A stretch of 63,331 nt of DNA, filler included, from Choristocarpus tenellus KU-1152 (taxonomy: Eukaryota; Protista; Phaeophyceae): NCBI GenBank assembly GCA_964200185.2. It is 11 parts of 11 records of this genome, joined end to end, with 100 filler letters (N's around TTAATTAATTAA, not from the genome) between each part and the next. Parts side by side here need not be neighbours in the genome. Positions count along the whole stretch, not along the records: positions 21,956 to 32,853 come from CAXNAD020002640.1; positions 32,954 to 36,716 come from CAXNAD020018080.1; positions 36,817 to 40,483 come from CAXNAD020018622.1; 8 more parts are not named here. One strand, written 5' to 3'. The notes under the pieces were generated by a model. That model did no database searches. It saw only the letters and a program-made list of their open reading frames with translations, and was not told the DNA's origin. The position numbers and the translations under genes are program-made. Each line of letters starts with the position of its first letter. Within the stretch, counting starts at the first letter, position 1. Shown piece by piece: positions 23,840 to 38,405 of this stretch.

Positions 23840-26650
23840 CTTGATGGGTGCATTCTCCATATAGTTTTGGAGCACAGCAACACTGCAGATGAGGTCCGAA
23901 GAGCTGAATGGATACATCATGTTAAATCCCTTGGGACCAAACTTTTTTCGCTCGAGCATCAGAGCATGAAAATGGCACAGGCCGAAGAGGATTCCTTGAG
24001 TTCTGAATGGGTAAAGAAACACAGTCGGAATTTTGTTGGACAACATTGGTAGTGCTGCTTGCAGCACTGAGGCTGGGTGTTTTTGTGAGGATCAATATCG
24101 ATGGAGTGTGTTCTCATGGAGTATTTGATGCTGAAGTAGGAATTTCTTGAAATTTGAGACTGATTATTCTCCTTAAACAAATCGATCATTATCCAGTATT
24201 GAATGGATAGATGAGATGAATCTCTATAGAATATATTTATATTGCAGGGCCACACGTTGGATCTGCACTATCTGGCTGACTGGACATCAAATGAAGAAGT
24301 TAGAAAAGGGCATACTACTCTGACATTGCTCGGGAATATAAAAGAAGTAAGCTTGAGAATTGGGATGTTAAGATGTCATATAATATTCCTGGGGAATAGC
24401 TCCGCTGCTTGCAAGTATAGGTCTAAGATCACATCTCTTTTTTACCACTATTTTTCTGCGATAAACAGTGGAGGATCCCACACACCCATCAAATCCCCCC
24501 CCCGCAAGCAACAGTAGTCTCCTGATATGGCGACACTACCTCACTTTGAACAATCCAATCGAACAACAGAATGCTAATGTGGCAAGTTACTCCGAATAGT
24601 ATGTAAAATCCCAAGGTAAGGAAGATATTTTCAGTCTTTTCTGGCATGACCTGGGCTCGAATTCTTCATACTCTTCCCTTGAGATAGAGGCAAAGGCCTG
24701 CTTCAAGTTTGCTCGGAGGCCTGATGGTGGATCATTTGTGAGCTTGATCGACCTGAGAATTTAATTGGAGGAGAACAAAGATATTGTAAATAATAGCCTG
24801 CATTCTTGAAGTCTAGTACGGAGCACTGAGCTGGGTTTCCCAAGTGTGGGGAGAGTGATCGTTAGGGATGGGCATACTGTCGCCGCTTGGCGATTCTACA
24901 CCAGATTGGGTCTCCTTCTAATATACGTTAGAGTAGAACGATGGTGTATCATAAAAAATATGGACCGCCAACGAGGTCACTGACAACCAGTATCCTTCCT
25001 GAAATGCTGAATTTGCTTTCAAAGTACTGTCATTATTTTCTTTTGAGAATTTGCGGTGTTGATTGCAGAATGATACGTTAGAGACAATGCAAAAAAGTGA
25101 GGCAATCACGGAACTCAGCACATTCAGTGGTACTGCATAAATCTGTTAACCAATTATAGATCTAGTTCCATATCTCTTGGAATATGTGTATCTCTTGATG
25201 CCAAGAAGTACGCAGTCATAAGTAAACTTCATTATCTACCTGAAACACACGAACTCTAGAGTACTCCAAATTACTTTGAAAAAGAAAAAATGTAAATTTG
25301 AAGGGTACACCAATTGATGAACTAATCTACAATAGGCAGTACAAACGCAGCCACTGTGACTCAAAGTATCTGGGAGGGAGAGGTGACTGTCCATTTGGGT
25401 CCAATTTTTTTATATCGCGATTTTTGGGTGATTCGGTCGCATAGGTCGGATGGATAATGTATATGCACTTTCCTGGCTATGACCCAAATGGACGCCCTGG
25501 TGTAGACCCCCCCTCCCCTCCAGATTCTTTGGATCCGTACTAACCCCCCCCCCATGAAAATACCTATCGAGCGTTAGCATCTCCCTTTTTTTCTGTACCC
25601 CACACTCGGAGCCTTGCTTTGACCACTTGTTAGCTCAGTGTATTGCAAGTGCTTACATTAGAAGATGAACAATGGAAAGAAGAAACGTTTTTTTCTCTAG
25701 GGTTTTGAGAGCCGATTGCTAGCTTATCTAAGGCATTGGCATGTGTGTTAGGAAGACTTTGGTACAAATGATATTGTGATCACAGTAAGAATAATCTTGT
25801 TTGATTGTTCTGTTCATACAGTGTTTCAGCAAGAGAAGCTAGTTGTGGACGTGAAATATCGACTTCCGTTCAATACCTCTGCAGCACGCCGACAGGAATA
25901 TGAATTGATGGGTCTGAGGAGAGCATCACGCGGAAATGCTCGTGTGAGCCCACCTGTGGATTCGGAAGGGTTGGACACTAACTCAGTGAGCTTGTGCAAT
26001 TTGGGATAGGTTTCAGAGAGTAGCTCATCTGAGGGCTGTGATGCAGGTATGGTAGTGAGGAACACATAGTCTTATTCCTCCTGGGTGTGAATGACGAATT
26101 TAATATCTTATTGACTTGTGGGTGATTTACATTAGGGCTACAGCGCTTCTTTTTCATCCCCTATTTTGTGTAATCAAAAGTTGCTCGTGTGGCTCCATTG
26201 CTAAACTGGCAGTGCTAGAAGTAAATTCCCTCCTGCTCCGATGCATACCTCCTTGTAGTGATCAAGACGCTTTTCCAACACTGGAAGCCACCTTGGCATC
26301 AAGTGCACATTGTTCAGAACAACCCAATGACCCTTTGATTTGATTAGAAGCCAAGTTGACAGGTGAGAAAGTGGGTTAGGGGTCAAGGTGTGAGCTTTAC
26401 TACACAAGAAGTAGAGCTATGTCATTTGGTGGAGTCACAGCTATATTTTAGGTTATCCATATAAAAAGGCTAGTAGTAACATGGAGCTTAATCTTACATA
26501 GCTTTGGGTGTATAGAGAAATCAACACAGTTAACGATCAGGTGGACTACGTCATATTGAGAATATGTGCGCATGTTGTTATTTCAAGGGAATGAATGCCT
26601 TTGGACACATATGGGCAGAAAAGTGAATGAATGGACCATACTGCACAACC

Positions 26651-26695
<45 letters not shown>

Positions 26696-29600
26696 TTCCT
26701 GGTTGATGAGAGGGCATATGACGACCCCTGTGGCTCTGCTTAGTTGACGTATTGTCTGTTTGCCGTCTCACAAACTCAAAGTTGCATAGTATAATCAAAA
26801 GCTTTGCATTCATATTTATTCTTTTCTGGTATCTCTTGCAATTGTGTGTGAAGATGGATTACTTGTTGTGGCTAAATAATTTTGTGCCTCAGCACATGAA
26901 CTCTTCAGTATTATAATGGGAAGTTTCGTTTTTACATTCAAAACAGATAATAGAAACAGTAAACTGATGTGTGAAACCCACCTGCGTACTTCCAGTATCC
27001 AGACGGTCCATTGCAATCATGTCTTGTCCCTGTACAGGGCGGTTCAAGTGTGCAAGGGAGTGGGAGGGATTGTCAGAACCCCTTCTTGGTTCGGAGGATT
27101 CACCAACAAGATGCAGTCAATGCATGCGCACCAATTTACATCTACAAGGACTCTGAATAAGTAGAATATGTTCTAACACGCCAAATGATACATATGTCCA
27201 GTAACCCCCCTCTCATCCATCCACATACCTGTCCAAGGGAGATGTCGTGATAAGTTGATCCTCGCACCATGTGGAACTTGTCTGCTAACTTGTCCACATC
27301 TGCTGTCACATTTGCGCCAGGTGAGAGGATAAAGTAGATTGGTGTGTCCGGGCCAGCATCCTTAAATGCCTCTGAGAGGACCTGCTCAAGGATTCAGGTG
27401 GCATGGAGAAGAGAGTGAGGATAATTGAACAGTAATGACTCACGAAAAACGTCTAAATATCTGTCGATGACTTGGTACTGTCTAAGTATATTGATGCAGC
27501 TCAACTATTGCACTGTGGGTGATGAGTATAGAGTACTTACTTGGAAGCTGTTGAGTTTGGCGTCTAGGTCCACGAAAGATGGTCCTTCCGGAAGAGTGCT
27601 GCGGACAAAACTGCCAATGGCCTGGTAGATTCAGCCACAAGAGAGGATAGTGGAGAAAAAAACATTAAATGCCATGAAAGGGTACTGCAATATTGAGGAC
27701 ATTTCCACAAGATAAAGGGATTCGGGGCTCTTCAAATAGTGAGTTCTTGGAGAACATTCATCGTAATAGCATGGTGTCAAATTGACAGGAATGAGAATGA
27801 CAGAACCACAGCAGGAGTTGCCACCATTCCTGGTAAATCTGCTCTTGTGGACTTCTTTCGGTAACTGTTAGAGAGCAAACAAATAACCTCAATGCTGATA
27901 CTGGCTTGGGGCTACAAACAGGTCCAGTGTTTGTCTCTGCTAAGAGATGCAATAACTGTGTTTGTCAAAGCATCCATAATCACAATAGAATAAGGATTCA
28001 AAATATTTACTGTAGACTGCAGATAAAAAAACTATGAGATATGTGAAGTGGGATTCTCGCACTCTGTTGCACACTCTAGACTACTAATTGGGACATTGTG
28101 TGAGCAAGGATATATCACCCAAAACCCCAAAGGTGTGAAGGTACAGCTGGTTTTGCCATTAAACCTCATACATTGGTATTGCATTGATGCTTTGACCTGT
28201 GTCATTCTATCTGGCCGTAGGCACCGGACAACAAGAAGCTTTAGGAAGGGAGTCTTGTCCAGCTCCCGCCAGTCCAGGGGCAGTTTCTCCTTCTCTGGTG
28301 TCAATGTATTGTACCACTCACGGAACCGAGGCCCAGATTCTGCAATGTCGTCTGCAAGCTTGGCGAACCTTGTAGTTGGTGTTCAGACAAAAACATGATT
28401 AGGAAGGAATCAGGTGTCATTTTTGTAGGGTAGATGTGTTTGTTCTTAGTGCTCTGCTCGCGTGTTGAATTTTTCAATTCAAAACAATGGTTGAAACCAA
28501 ATTATAAGAGTATGTTGCTCCTACAGTCTTTTCAGCACATTAGGCTCTCCTTCATGAGACCTACTCTGCAACAGTCAAGACCATCAAGATATCCATCCAC
28601 ATAATCCATTTTCAACATCAATTTGAGAATTTCTCTGCTTTTGTCTTCCCTTGAATCTACCTTTGTATGTAGCACTGATTCCAACATGCCCGTTTGGACT
28701 TGCATACTCAGGTAATATCAGGGATACAACAAAGGTGGTGCTTGGTCACAGGAATATTCTGAGAGGAAAATAACAACGCACTCTGGAGTAATGTTGTGAG
28801 CATGACTTGATGCTCAAATTTACTGTGCAAGGCATTCAGCATATGAGTGAGGGCAACAACAATTCAGAGTTCAGATGGCCAAGGAATACTCCTACGAAAT
28901 TTAGAAAATTCATAAATGAGTGCAATCGGTGGACTCAAGTAGGTGATATTTATTCAATTGAAGTAGATTCCTCTTGGGCCTTGTTCCTGCAAAGCTTTTG
29001 TGCGTAGTGGAAGTCCAAGGCAAGAAGAAAGCAATATATATTGCACTTGCTTGAAATCGGATCGCTAGGTCAAAATAGTCTACCTTGGAGTACAAGAGTT
29101 CCACCTATTCAGCTTAAAGTAGCCAGGAGAACAAGAAAGAACTGGTTGGCAGAGTCCATTCACATAGAAGTGTTGAGCGTCAAATGTGTGTGTTGGGAGT
29201 ATTGTTGCTCTACACTGAAGAGGTTCCCCCATGTCCCAACACAACCCTGTTGGCACATGCGTATGTGCAGGCTTACCCATCAAGTTCACCAAGTCCATCC
29301 ACCATGGACCATGTTTCTTGGGAAAGCCAATCTACTGGGCAATCCTCTCCGAGCTTCCTTGACCCTCTCAGGAGAAAGCGCAGACCCTCTGAAGTGAACC
29401 CAGTCTCTGCCCCAAAGGCGCCACTCTGAAATATGAAAATTGAAGAGATGTATGGTGTATGGTTAGTCCTCAACCAGTGGGATTAAAGAATAATATAATG
29501 TTGACTGAGAATATAAAGACTTTGAAGAAAAAAATATCATAAATGTATCCTTCTCAATCATCTTTACATGGCTGTCTACCTTCATGAGACCAAACGTCAT

Positions 29601-32487
29601 CTGAGTGAGGAACGTCAGACGATGTTTCTCAAACATCCCTCTTGTCACCCATGAGTATATCATGAAGCGTAGATTGCTACGGAGGTTCTCGACTCGGATA
29701 GTCTTCTCTGTATGGACCTCACTGGTACGAATTGCCTTGAAGAAGAACCTTACGCCAGCACATGGTAATGCGTATTAAGATCACAAATTGGAAATCAGTA
29801 GGGTGTGGGAAAATCATGCCAGAGTTAATCAATGGTGTAAGAGCAGTAAACTTGAGAGTGTCATGACAATGCTAAATAGCAGAAACTGAACTGGTCGGGG
29901 TCCTGATGCTAACCCTTGGTGGTTGTGGTAAGGGTGCAGTAGTACTGTAATAAAATAATGATATTGTGCAGATTGGGACATTGATTTGTGGAGTTGGATA
30001 CACAACTTCAGCCAACAATACAAAGACAAATATGTACTTTTACTAGTTGGGCTAGGCCTCAACTGGGTGAGCACTGCTTCTATATTGTATACTCCACAGT
30101 ATTTGGTATAGTTGTGCTAAGTTTTTGCGTAACGCTTTGCATGGATTGTGGAGGTTGCGCACTAGTTTGGATTTGAACCAGCTTTTTCAGCTCAGGATTG
30201 TTTTGAGCTGTCCTACGGTTGATGTGGAGCATGCTATTCTCGAACATTGGCACTCACTCTGCCTCTTTACCATAGGTGTTTCTAGAACTTCGCACCTTGT
30301 GAAGGAATCTAGGCTGTACTGGTACATAGTGTCAACAGTGCTTAACTTGAGCAGCATGAAGTACAGAATTGACGCCTCTGCTGCAACTGGGCGGTACACC
30401 TCTCTTGCCTGCCCGCAAAGGGAGTGATTGTGCCAAGAAGTCAGAAAATGGAATAACTCAATCCAGTAGGTTCAGTGCATACTGTTCTTCAACGCTTCCT
30501 GTATTTCTCATACTAGAAGAGAGCTAGCAACTGCTGATCTTTACAGCATTTCAATTGAAAACACTGAAGTTTGCAGTGCAAAATCAAAATGATAGTATCG
30601 CATTTCTTTTGGAACATTTAATCATAACTGTCATCTACATGACTTTTGTTCTCTCTCCATCATCACTACCAAAATTGTGTTCAAACCGATACTGTACTCG
30701 AAGGGGCTGCATGGGAACTGGACAGGATCATCTTCATCACCAAGGACTTTCATCGTCCTGTAGTCACTTCACATATTTCGCCTCTGCAAAACTCACCCAG
30801 AGGAATATGGGACTACCTGGAGACTGAATAACAATAGTGCATTTTGCTTCCCCTAATAACGTAGAAACCAACGGCTCAACACATTGTACACAGGGGGTGG
30901 GTGGGAAAAAGAGTGCAGTTTAAATTTCGTGCCTCATTAATGCCATCCTCTGTTTCTTTGCCTTGCAGTACTGCCTGGTTAATCTCCGTAGCAGTCTCTT
31001 TCATCGTCTCCAGACCCTGTTTGGTACCAAAATGATTGTAGGCAAGGAAAGTCGATTCAATCAGTCCAGCTGGATCACAAGATGAACTCATTTAGTAAAT
31101 GCACAAGCAGCGATTTTCAATTTTTTAGACACTCCCTTGTCTAATACCGTTTAAGAGCAAGGTAAGGTGGTGTTAACTACCACAGCTATCTGGGAAATGA
31201 AGATGCCACGACTGGGATGCTGGGGGTCACCTCAATGAGGCCAACATCAGCAAGGATATCCTCCGGTGCATCTGCCAGTCTCTCTAGAAGCTGATCTTCT
31301 AGATTCTTGAGCTGGATCTTGTAGCGATTGAAAGCCTATTGAGAGGAAGGCAGGTAAATGGAAAAATGTTGAGTTGAGCTCACATCTGGTGAGGGGATAA
31401 TCGCATCCTTCGAATATTTTTCAAAGTCTTCCCATCAGGTGCCGCGCCTGTTCTATACAAATAGAGGATATTATTGGGTTGTGTGTCCTCATGAGCAATG
31501 CCATTTGCGTGTGCATTCCATGATTCAGGCAGGTATTGCTCAATATTGAAATATGTAACCAGCACTCAGGAAATACTCATAGATGGACTGGATGGTAATG
31601 GATGCTTAGAAGGTCTATAATATTTGGGCTAGTGGAGATATCCTGTCAAAGTTGTGTGTGCTGGATTGACGTAACCATTTCTAGAATTCATCCTTCAAAT
31701 GGTACTTGTATATGAAGCAGTATCCCAGATTTTCACACCTAGATTATGTCCATTTCCTATTTCGAAAAATGGTTGAACTAATGCTCACCCCATTGCTGAG
31801 CTGCCGTGTAATCCATGGAGACCTAGTCACAAGGGTTAATGAGGTAGAGCCGAAGTCCTCCTACTATATTGAATCCCCTCCACGAACAGACTCACGATTT
31901 CATGCTTATCCTGTGTTTTATTCTCACTCTATCCAGTCACCTCCCCACAATAAGAAAACAGCACCTCTCCAGATCAGGACAATGTTTGAGGACACTTATC
32001 CTTGCAGTACATTAATCACTAGTGAATACGCCCAAGAGAAAGAGAGAGCGAGAGAGAATGGAACCAGGATCTTGGACATCAATAGTTGACTTGTATATGA
32101 CGTTCTTCCAATTACCACGACTCAAAGCGTGTAAGAGGGTAGGGGTTTTGCCCTGTTTATCCGTTTGGGACTTGACTTCCCACGGGTTTTGTATACCCTT
32201 TCGGTTCTCTGTGTGAACACAGTTACCTACAATGTACACGACTATGAAAGGTGTATCCAGAGCAAGGATGTTGACACTTGCTAACAAACACGATAACCAA
32301 AATATATCAATATCGCAACATGGGATTTTTGACCCCAACCCTCTTAAATGCTTTGGCTCCATAGCATATTCATTTGGACCGAAGACAGAAATACTTGCAT
32401 GTTACCTGAACGAGTTCATTTTTTGTCTTCTCGAGCTCTGGCTGCTCCACTCCCACAACACTAGCAAGGAGCTGATCTTCAAGACCC
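23840..32487 (-). CDS. Axonemal dynein heavy chain, outer-arm alpha/beta type; internal fragment (AAA5 end, strut/buttress, AAA6), 14 exons
   Basis: Exons (minus): 32406-32487, 31231-31335, 30933-31016, 30296-30408, 29580-29748, 29277-29425, 28197-28368, 27541-27621, 27229-27381, 26982-27029, 26249-26332, 25877-25953, 24651-24752, 23840-24002, all phase-compatible. Motifs: GLEDQLL, LEDQLLERLADAPEDILAD, INEAREVYRPVA, MYQYSL, RGMFEKH, RCLRPDR, PIYFILSPG, ISLGQGQ, GHWVVLNNVHL, FRVMLSSDP, SIKLTNDPPSGLRANL, LCHFHALMLERKKFGPKGFNMMYPFS. Confidence 0.97.
25358..25535 (+). mobile_element. MITE type B in dynein intron
   Basis: gactcaaagtatctggg ... cagattctttggatc; flanks tgt/cgt. Confidence 0.85.
32119..32359 (+). 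mobile_element. MITE type A, variant subfamily, in dynein intron
   Basis: gactcaaagcgtgtaagagggta ... ctcttaaatgctttggctc; flanks cac/cat; interior has ctgtgtgaacacagtt instead of the usual central palindrome. Confidence 0.82.
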
Positions 32488-33048
32488 CTGAGAAGTTTCA
32501 ATAATTCCAGATGACGTTGTTGACAAGACAAAAACATGTCTCAGGTCATTAGGATATAGGGAGGATATACAGTGGAAACCTATTTTCGGAAGAGATTATG
32601 GTTGATATGGATGGTCGATGAGCTGGTATACACAGACCAGTTTACTGCTAGTATGGCGATAAAAACAGTGGATTATTCTTCAACATTTCAGAACCGTCAC
32701 TTTGCCTGGAGAAACCCCTTAGTCAATTGACCAACCACCTTGATCATTAGACTACCCAACATCCCAGTTCTATTTCAAGTACAAGGTATCAATCGTACAG
32801 GCATATTTTCCCCCTAAATCATACTCATGAGACCAAAAGTATCTGGGAGGGGGNNNNNNNNNNNNNNNNNNNNNNNNNNNNNNNNNNNNNNNNNNNNTTA
32901 ATTAATTAANNNNNNNNNNNNNNNNNNNNNNNNNNNNNNNNNNNNNNNNNNNNCCCCCCCCCCCCCCCTCTCTCCTCCTGCCTCTCTGATTGGGCCCCCT
33001 CTCCTCCCCTTGTACACATGGGTTTACAATGTCTTTGTGTGTGCAAAG

Positions 33049-35104
33049 GTCAAGTTCCATCAATTCCACCCTGAGTATGGGGGATATTTTTCCCCTTCTG
33101 AACCAAAGGAGATGCTGGAGGTGCCAAATGCTTCACGATTACCTGCTGTTGATGCCAGTGACAAGCCTCGGGCGTTCCAGGTGTGTATGTATGTATGTAT
33201 GTATGTATGTATTATGTATGTATTATATATGTATTATGTATGTATGTGTGTGTGTCCTTGCAGAGGGTTTGTTTTTGCATTGAGTGGGCTGGGGGGAGGT
33301 TGATGTTATTTATTATTTTATATGAGTACTGCTTTGTGTGTGTGTGGCTTTGTGTGGTGAGTGAGTTAATGGTTTTGTTGGACAGGGAGTATGGCATGTA
33401 TGTATTTTTGTTTGTGTGATTGTGTGATTTGATGAATATGTTAGTGCTTCTTGTCTATAATATTATTGTTGCTATTATTACTATTATTTTTATTTTATTA
33501 TTATTATTATTATTATGCTCATGCTTGTGTGGTGTCATCTGCCTGATGATTGAAAGGGCTGAGACCTCCACCCCATCACTAGGAGGTACCTTTGGAATCT
33601 CTCCTTTATTAATTCCATGTACAGTGTTGTACTGACTGTTTCAAGTGTGTTTGTGTATGTATGTATGTGTGTGTGTGTTTTGCTGTATCCTGTCCCTTGT
33701 TTCTAGACCTATTGCCCTTGCTTACTATTCACAGTTTTTGATAGTATGAGTCACAATAATAATATATTTTTATTATTGATATTGTAATATTAGTACTCTA
33801 ATATTGAAGTTTGTATTATGGTCAATATTGAGAAGTGTAGTACTTATATTGCTATTGCTGTTTCCTGGTGTATGTTAGTAGTGGTATAATCAAGGTGATG
33901 CAGGATCAGTAGTAGATTGCTCTTTATACCTCCCATTGTTACTTCCACCATTTGGTTCCACAGGTGATATCTAACTTGCTGGACATGCAGGCGTCCATCC
34001 TAGCCACCATGCGACAGGTGGGTTGTTAGTTTGTACTATACTAACAGGCATTGGAGCTAATTCTATTGGTTGCTGAGTGTGTGCATGTTGAGCAACTGTG
34101 TTCCCTTAAGGGTTGGTTGTTGCTTTCTGATGCATGCTTATGACTGTCCACACTAAGAAGATTGGGAACATGATGCATCAAATTGCTTTTTATTTTTTTA
34201 GGCACCTCTGGGTATCAGTACGTTCTGGGTCCAGCCCATAGCACATGTCTCTATCTATAGCTGGGTTATGAAATATTAGAGTTAGGGCATAGATGTAAGG
34301 TCATGGTAATGCATCTTGTGGTCAGTGAACAAACTATGCCCTCAGAGCCCCCCCCTCCCCCAACCACACTGCTTTTACAGGCATTCCAGTTGTTGGCAAA
34401 GGGTGCGAGGGAAGCTGATGTTTGCACACGCTGTATACTTCATCCGCTCATGGAGGAGAGCTTTCTCACATACATTGCCACAACAAGGTTTGGAAATCCC
34501 CTTTGATTTTCTCTTCTGATAGTTCTCCCTCCTCCCCTTTTTGATATTCCCCCCCCCCCATCCCCCCCCCCCCCCCACCCCGTACCCACATCAGTTGTAT
34601 GGTGTCCATTTGCCCTGTTGCAGTCACAAGGCACTGTTATTAACTTCAATGGTGTGGTACACATCTTTTCATTGGTGTGTAACATTTTTAACCCTATAAC
34701 CCTAATACTAATCCCATATATATATATATATATATCTTTTGATGAACATGTCTTCGAGTTTACTCCCAAGAACTTTCTAGGAATACTGGAAGGCGGGTTA
34801 GTTCACATGACCACTGCTACTGCTAAACTGACATACAGATAGAGGCAGGGAGGCGTTAATGGATACCTTAAGTTGAGGTGATACAATCCCTCCACCTCTA
34901 ACCCCCCCCCCTCTGCTTGTTGGTGAATTGTTGAAATCTTGACTTTTCAGAATGTTTCTCAGTGTGTCGGAGTGGTATGTGGAGGGGGGTCAGGAGCCCC
35001 CTGCTGAGCTACTAGATTTCACAGAGAAGTATGATATTGAATTTCAGGTGATGAAGGACCTCTATGCAAATGCAAACCACATTGAGGAGGTGAAGATGAT
35101 GGAG
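33049..35104 (+). CDS. SLA2: ANTH-domain clathrin adaptor, SLA2/HIP1-like, internal fragment
   Basis: Phase-compatible exons 33049-33180, 33964-34017, 34381-34487, 34951-35104 (possible further exon 35783-35819). Peptide VKFHQFHPEYGGYF...AFQVISNLLDMQASI...CILHPLMEESFLTYIATTRM...FTEKYDIEFQVMKDLY parallels Sla2/HIP1 ANTH KL.FH..HP.F.G.F...I..L...Q..I...L.PL..ES...Y......Y..Q...L..FY. Confidence 0.72.
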
Positions 35105-36662
35105 GTGAGCGAGTTCAATTGATTTTTTTTCTTTTCTATTTATTTTTATTTTTTACAAAGTTTGAAAATTTTGAACCCTCGGTCGGTGTGAGTATTAGGA
35201 CTAAAACTATGTTACTAATGTTTTAATAGCTAAATGAAGTGAAGGGATTTGAACTCTTCATTTTTTCAGTCTAATTTGTGATGGGATCTGTAACTGCCTG
35301 AATATTAGTGCTGTAGTGTCAACCCCCCCCCCCCCCACCACCATATTTGCATCAGGGGAAGCAGTAATGTAGGTTGGGGTTTCGTTTGACCGGCTTTTTG
35401 TTCTCACTCTCAACAACAATTTCAATTTCAACTTCAACTTCTCCTCTTCCCCTATCTGTCTTTCATATTGAGGTGTGATGCTGTTTGTTGAGGTATGATA
35501 CTTCCTCTCTTTGGTGTTGTGTTTGTGTTTTTTGTGAATTAATATATTTTTTCTTTCTTATTATGATGGAACACTATGAAAAGAGTAGGTCCTCTGCACT
35601 CTAATGTGACCAAACAGCAGTAATCATATGCAAAAAGCAACGGATACTTTTTTTTAATTTCTACTTGTGCAATGATCATATCAATACTAATGAAACTACT
35701 TCCACTGCTATTAATAATAATATTAATAATTATCAAGCAGTATGTGTATATGTGAAGGCCCTCCCAATTTAAAAAAAAACAGTTGAAGGACTTGCCCTAC
35801 TTCTTGTTGAGAGGACCAGGTAAGAGTTCATTTGATTTTTTTCTGTTATTTTTTGAGGGGGTGGGGAGTTTTACGTAACTGTCAAATCTACAGTTTCACC
35901 CAATAGGGTGCAGTGGGGTTCGGTGAGAAGGTCAAGGTGTGCTAGTGGGAAAAACACAGGTCCATTCCACCCTTGCTGTTTGTCACCATATTGGCAGGCG
36001 TTATGAAGGGGTGTGCAAGCTCTGAGGTACTAACTAGTGTTCCCAAAAAAAGGTACTGTTGCTTCTTTTGTTGGTTCTGCACTGTGGATGTGTACCTTTC
36101 AGCCAGAAAATAATCTGAAAGGGGTATACTGTAATCTTGCCAAGAACATGGTACTGCTGTTGCTGTTATATTGATAGATGAGATCACACAAGGCCAGCTG
36201 GCCCACTCCATGTTTGGCAAGATTTGTGTTATTGTGATGGCGTTGGGTGCTGTGTATTCTGTTCATACCGTTTCCCCTGTTGCATCGCATGTACTATGGA
36301 GGCGTGTTTAAAAAAAAGTTATTGTTTGTTGGTTGGTTGAACTTGTGATGATTTTATCTTTTATTTATTTTTTCTTTGAGAACGACATCACTAAAGTTAA
36401 TATCGTAAATAGTAACAAATGTCTCAGCAGCAATGCACATTGAAATGGTATTATTGATGGAGGCGTGTGTGTGTGTGTGTACAAGTTGTTATGAAGTACA
36501 GCTGATACTGATTTTTGATTGGATTGTGAGTATAGATCAAGTATCTACCTATCAACACCATGAAGTAGATCTCTAGATGTAAACAAAGTATACAACCACA
36601 ACTAAAATCTCCAATGTCTCTACCTTATGCTTTCCCAATTCCTCTCATGATTTCCTTGCTTC

Positions 36663-36716
<54 letters not shown>

Positions 36717-38405
36717 NNNNNNNNNNNNNNNNNNNNNNNNNNNNNNNNNNNNNNNNNNNNTTAATTAATTAANNNNNNNNNNNNNNNNNNNNNNNNNNNN
36801 NNNNNNNNNNNNNNNNGCAAGAGAAAGAGGGGGGGGGAAGGGGGGAAAGGGGGGCGGGGCCAAGGGGGGGGGGGGGGGGGGGCAGCAGGAGTGGGAAGGC
36901 TCAATCCAACAGACTGTGTGTTAGGACCGTGGGAGCGACATTGCAGGATAGATGAAGGGCGAGGCGTAGTGGGGGAACAACGATAAGGGAGGTGGGCATG
37001 GGACGCGGGGTATATTGGTAGTGCAAGGGAGTGCCATCAGAACACCACTTATTTGTAACCTCTTTGTTAAATATCATAGAAAATCGAGAGTTCATCACTC
37101 CAGCCGGGAGCACAGAACAGGTGGACGTCAATACGTCTTTGCTTCCCCCATGTGACATTATCCTCAGCTTCCACTAGTTTTACAAGCTCCTGTTGTCACT
37201 TAATCATGCCTCTGGACAGTCAGAAGTCTTGGGCGGGCTTGAAAGAGCATTCATGATGCTATGGCCCTCAGGCCCCGTGAAGAGGGCCAGTCCCTAGTAC
37301 AGTCTGGATTTCTCTTAGATTTCTGTTCATTATTTGAATTGTATTAAGAAGGGAACCACAGGTTGTCTGTACCTAACCTTACGCATCAACAGTAGTAGTA
37401 GTATTGCTGTGAAGTTAATATATACATACTCTGCAGTATATGGTTGTGCCACACGACTAGCCCGTACAATTATTGTAGTTCTGTTTGTATTAACTGGGAG
37501 AATGAGGAACATCTTAGCAGCATCACCAGCTTGTCAGTATGTTTCACCTACAACTACAACTACTACAGTTGTAACATGAAATGCAATACTACCTATTTTT
37601 TTCTAGCACCTCAATAAATCACTACTACTTGCAGTTTCATATACTAAATTACGGACCAGAGTTCACTTTGTGGTACCTGAACTGCCGACTAACTTAGTAG
37701 TTGTGCTCGTGCAAAACATCAACTTCAGAGAAGTAAATCAAAGCGATGTGGTTGCAGGAAGAAAGGGCTCACTACCGCTTGGTGCATCCATGACATGCAC
37801 CACAAGTTTTTGATGTCAATCAGGAAAAATATTTATTATTGAGCAGGAACAAGCACCTTCCACCAGCTCCGCTGGCAACATCCTTGGGCAATTCCTTAGG
37901 ATGAATAAATAGTGTACTTCGTCTTCTCCAGTGATAGATAAATGCGGTGACTCATTTCAAGTAAACTAGATGAACATGTTCTTGAGCACATATATTTTTT
38001 GCTCTCCTTCAGTCTGTACTGAAAGAAAGCTCTGGCAATAAAGTAAAAGCACCCATTCTAGTGCACCAGAAAGAGAGGAGGAACCGAGAAATGGATCAAG
38101 AATAGAGACTCAAGATTAGGCAAGCCGTCAGGCAGTCAAATTAGAGAGAAAAAGACCAATATCAAGAGGGGTAATGTAGTAGCAGTAGGTACTGAGTTGG
38201 AACACCGATCTGTGGAGGATCCCTCCTCAAAGTTTGTACCTCGATCTTGGTTCATCGTGTTGCAAATAGGATATTACAGCAATCAGGTGTATAGTCCGAT
38301 GGGGTTGCCATATGGAACTGGATCATTGACACGAGAATCTCGTAAAACGATGTGAAACGGTAGGTACCAAACTAATGGTATTAACCTCATCCAACAATGA
38401 GTAAA

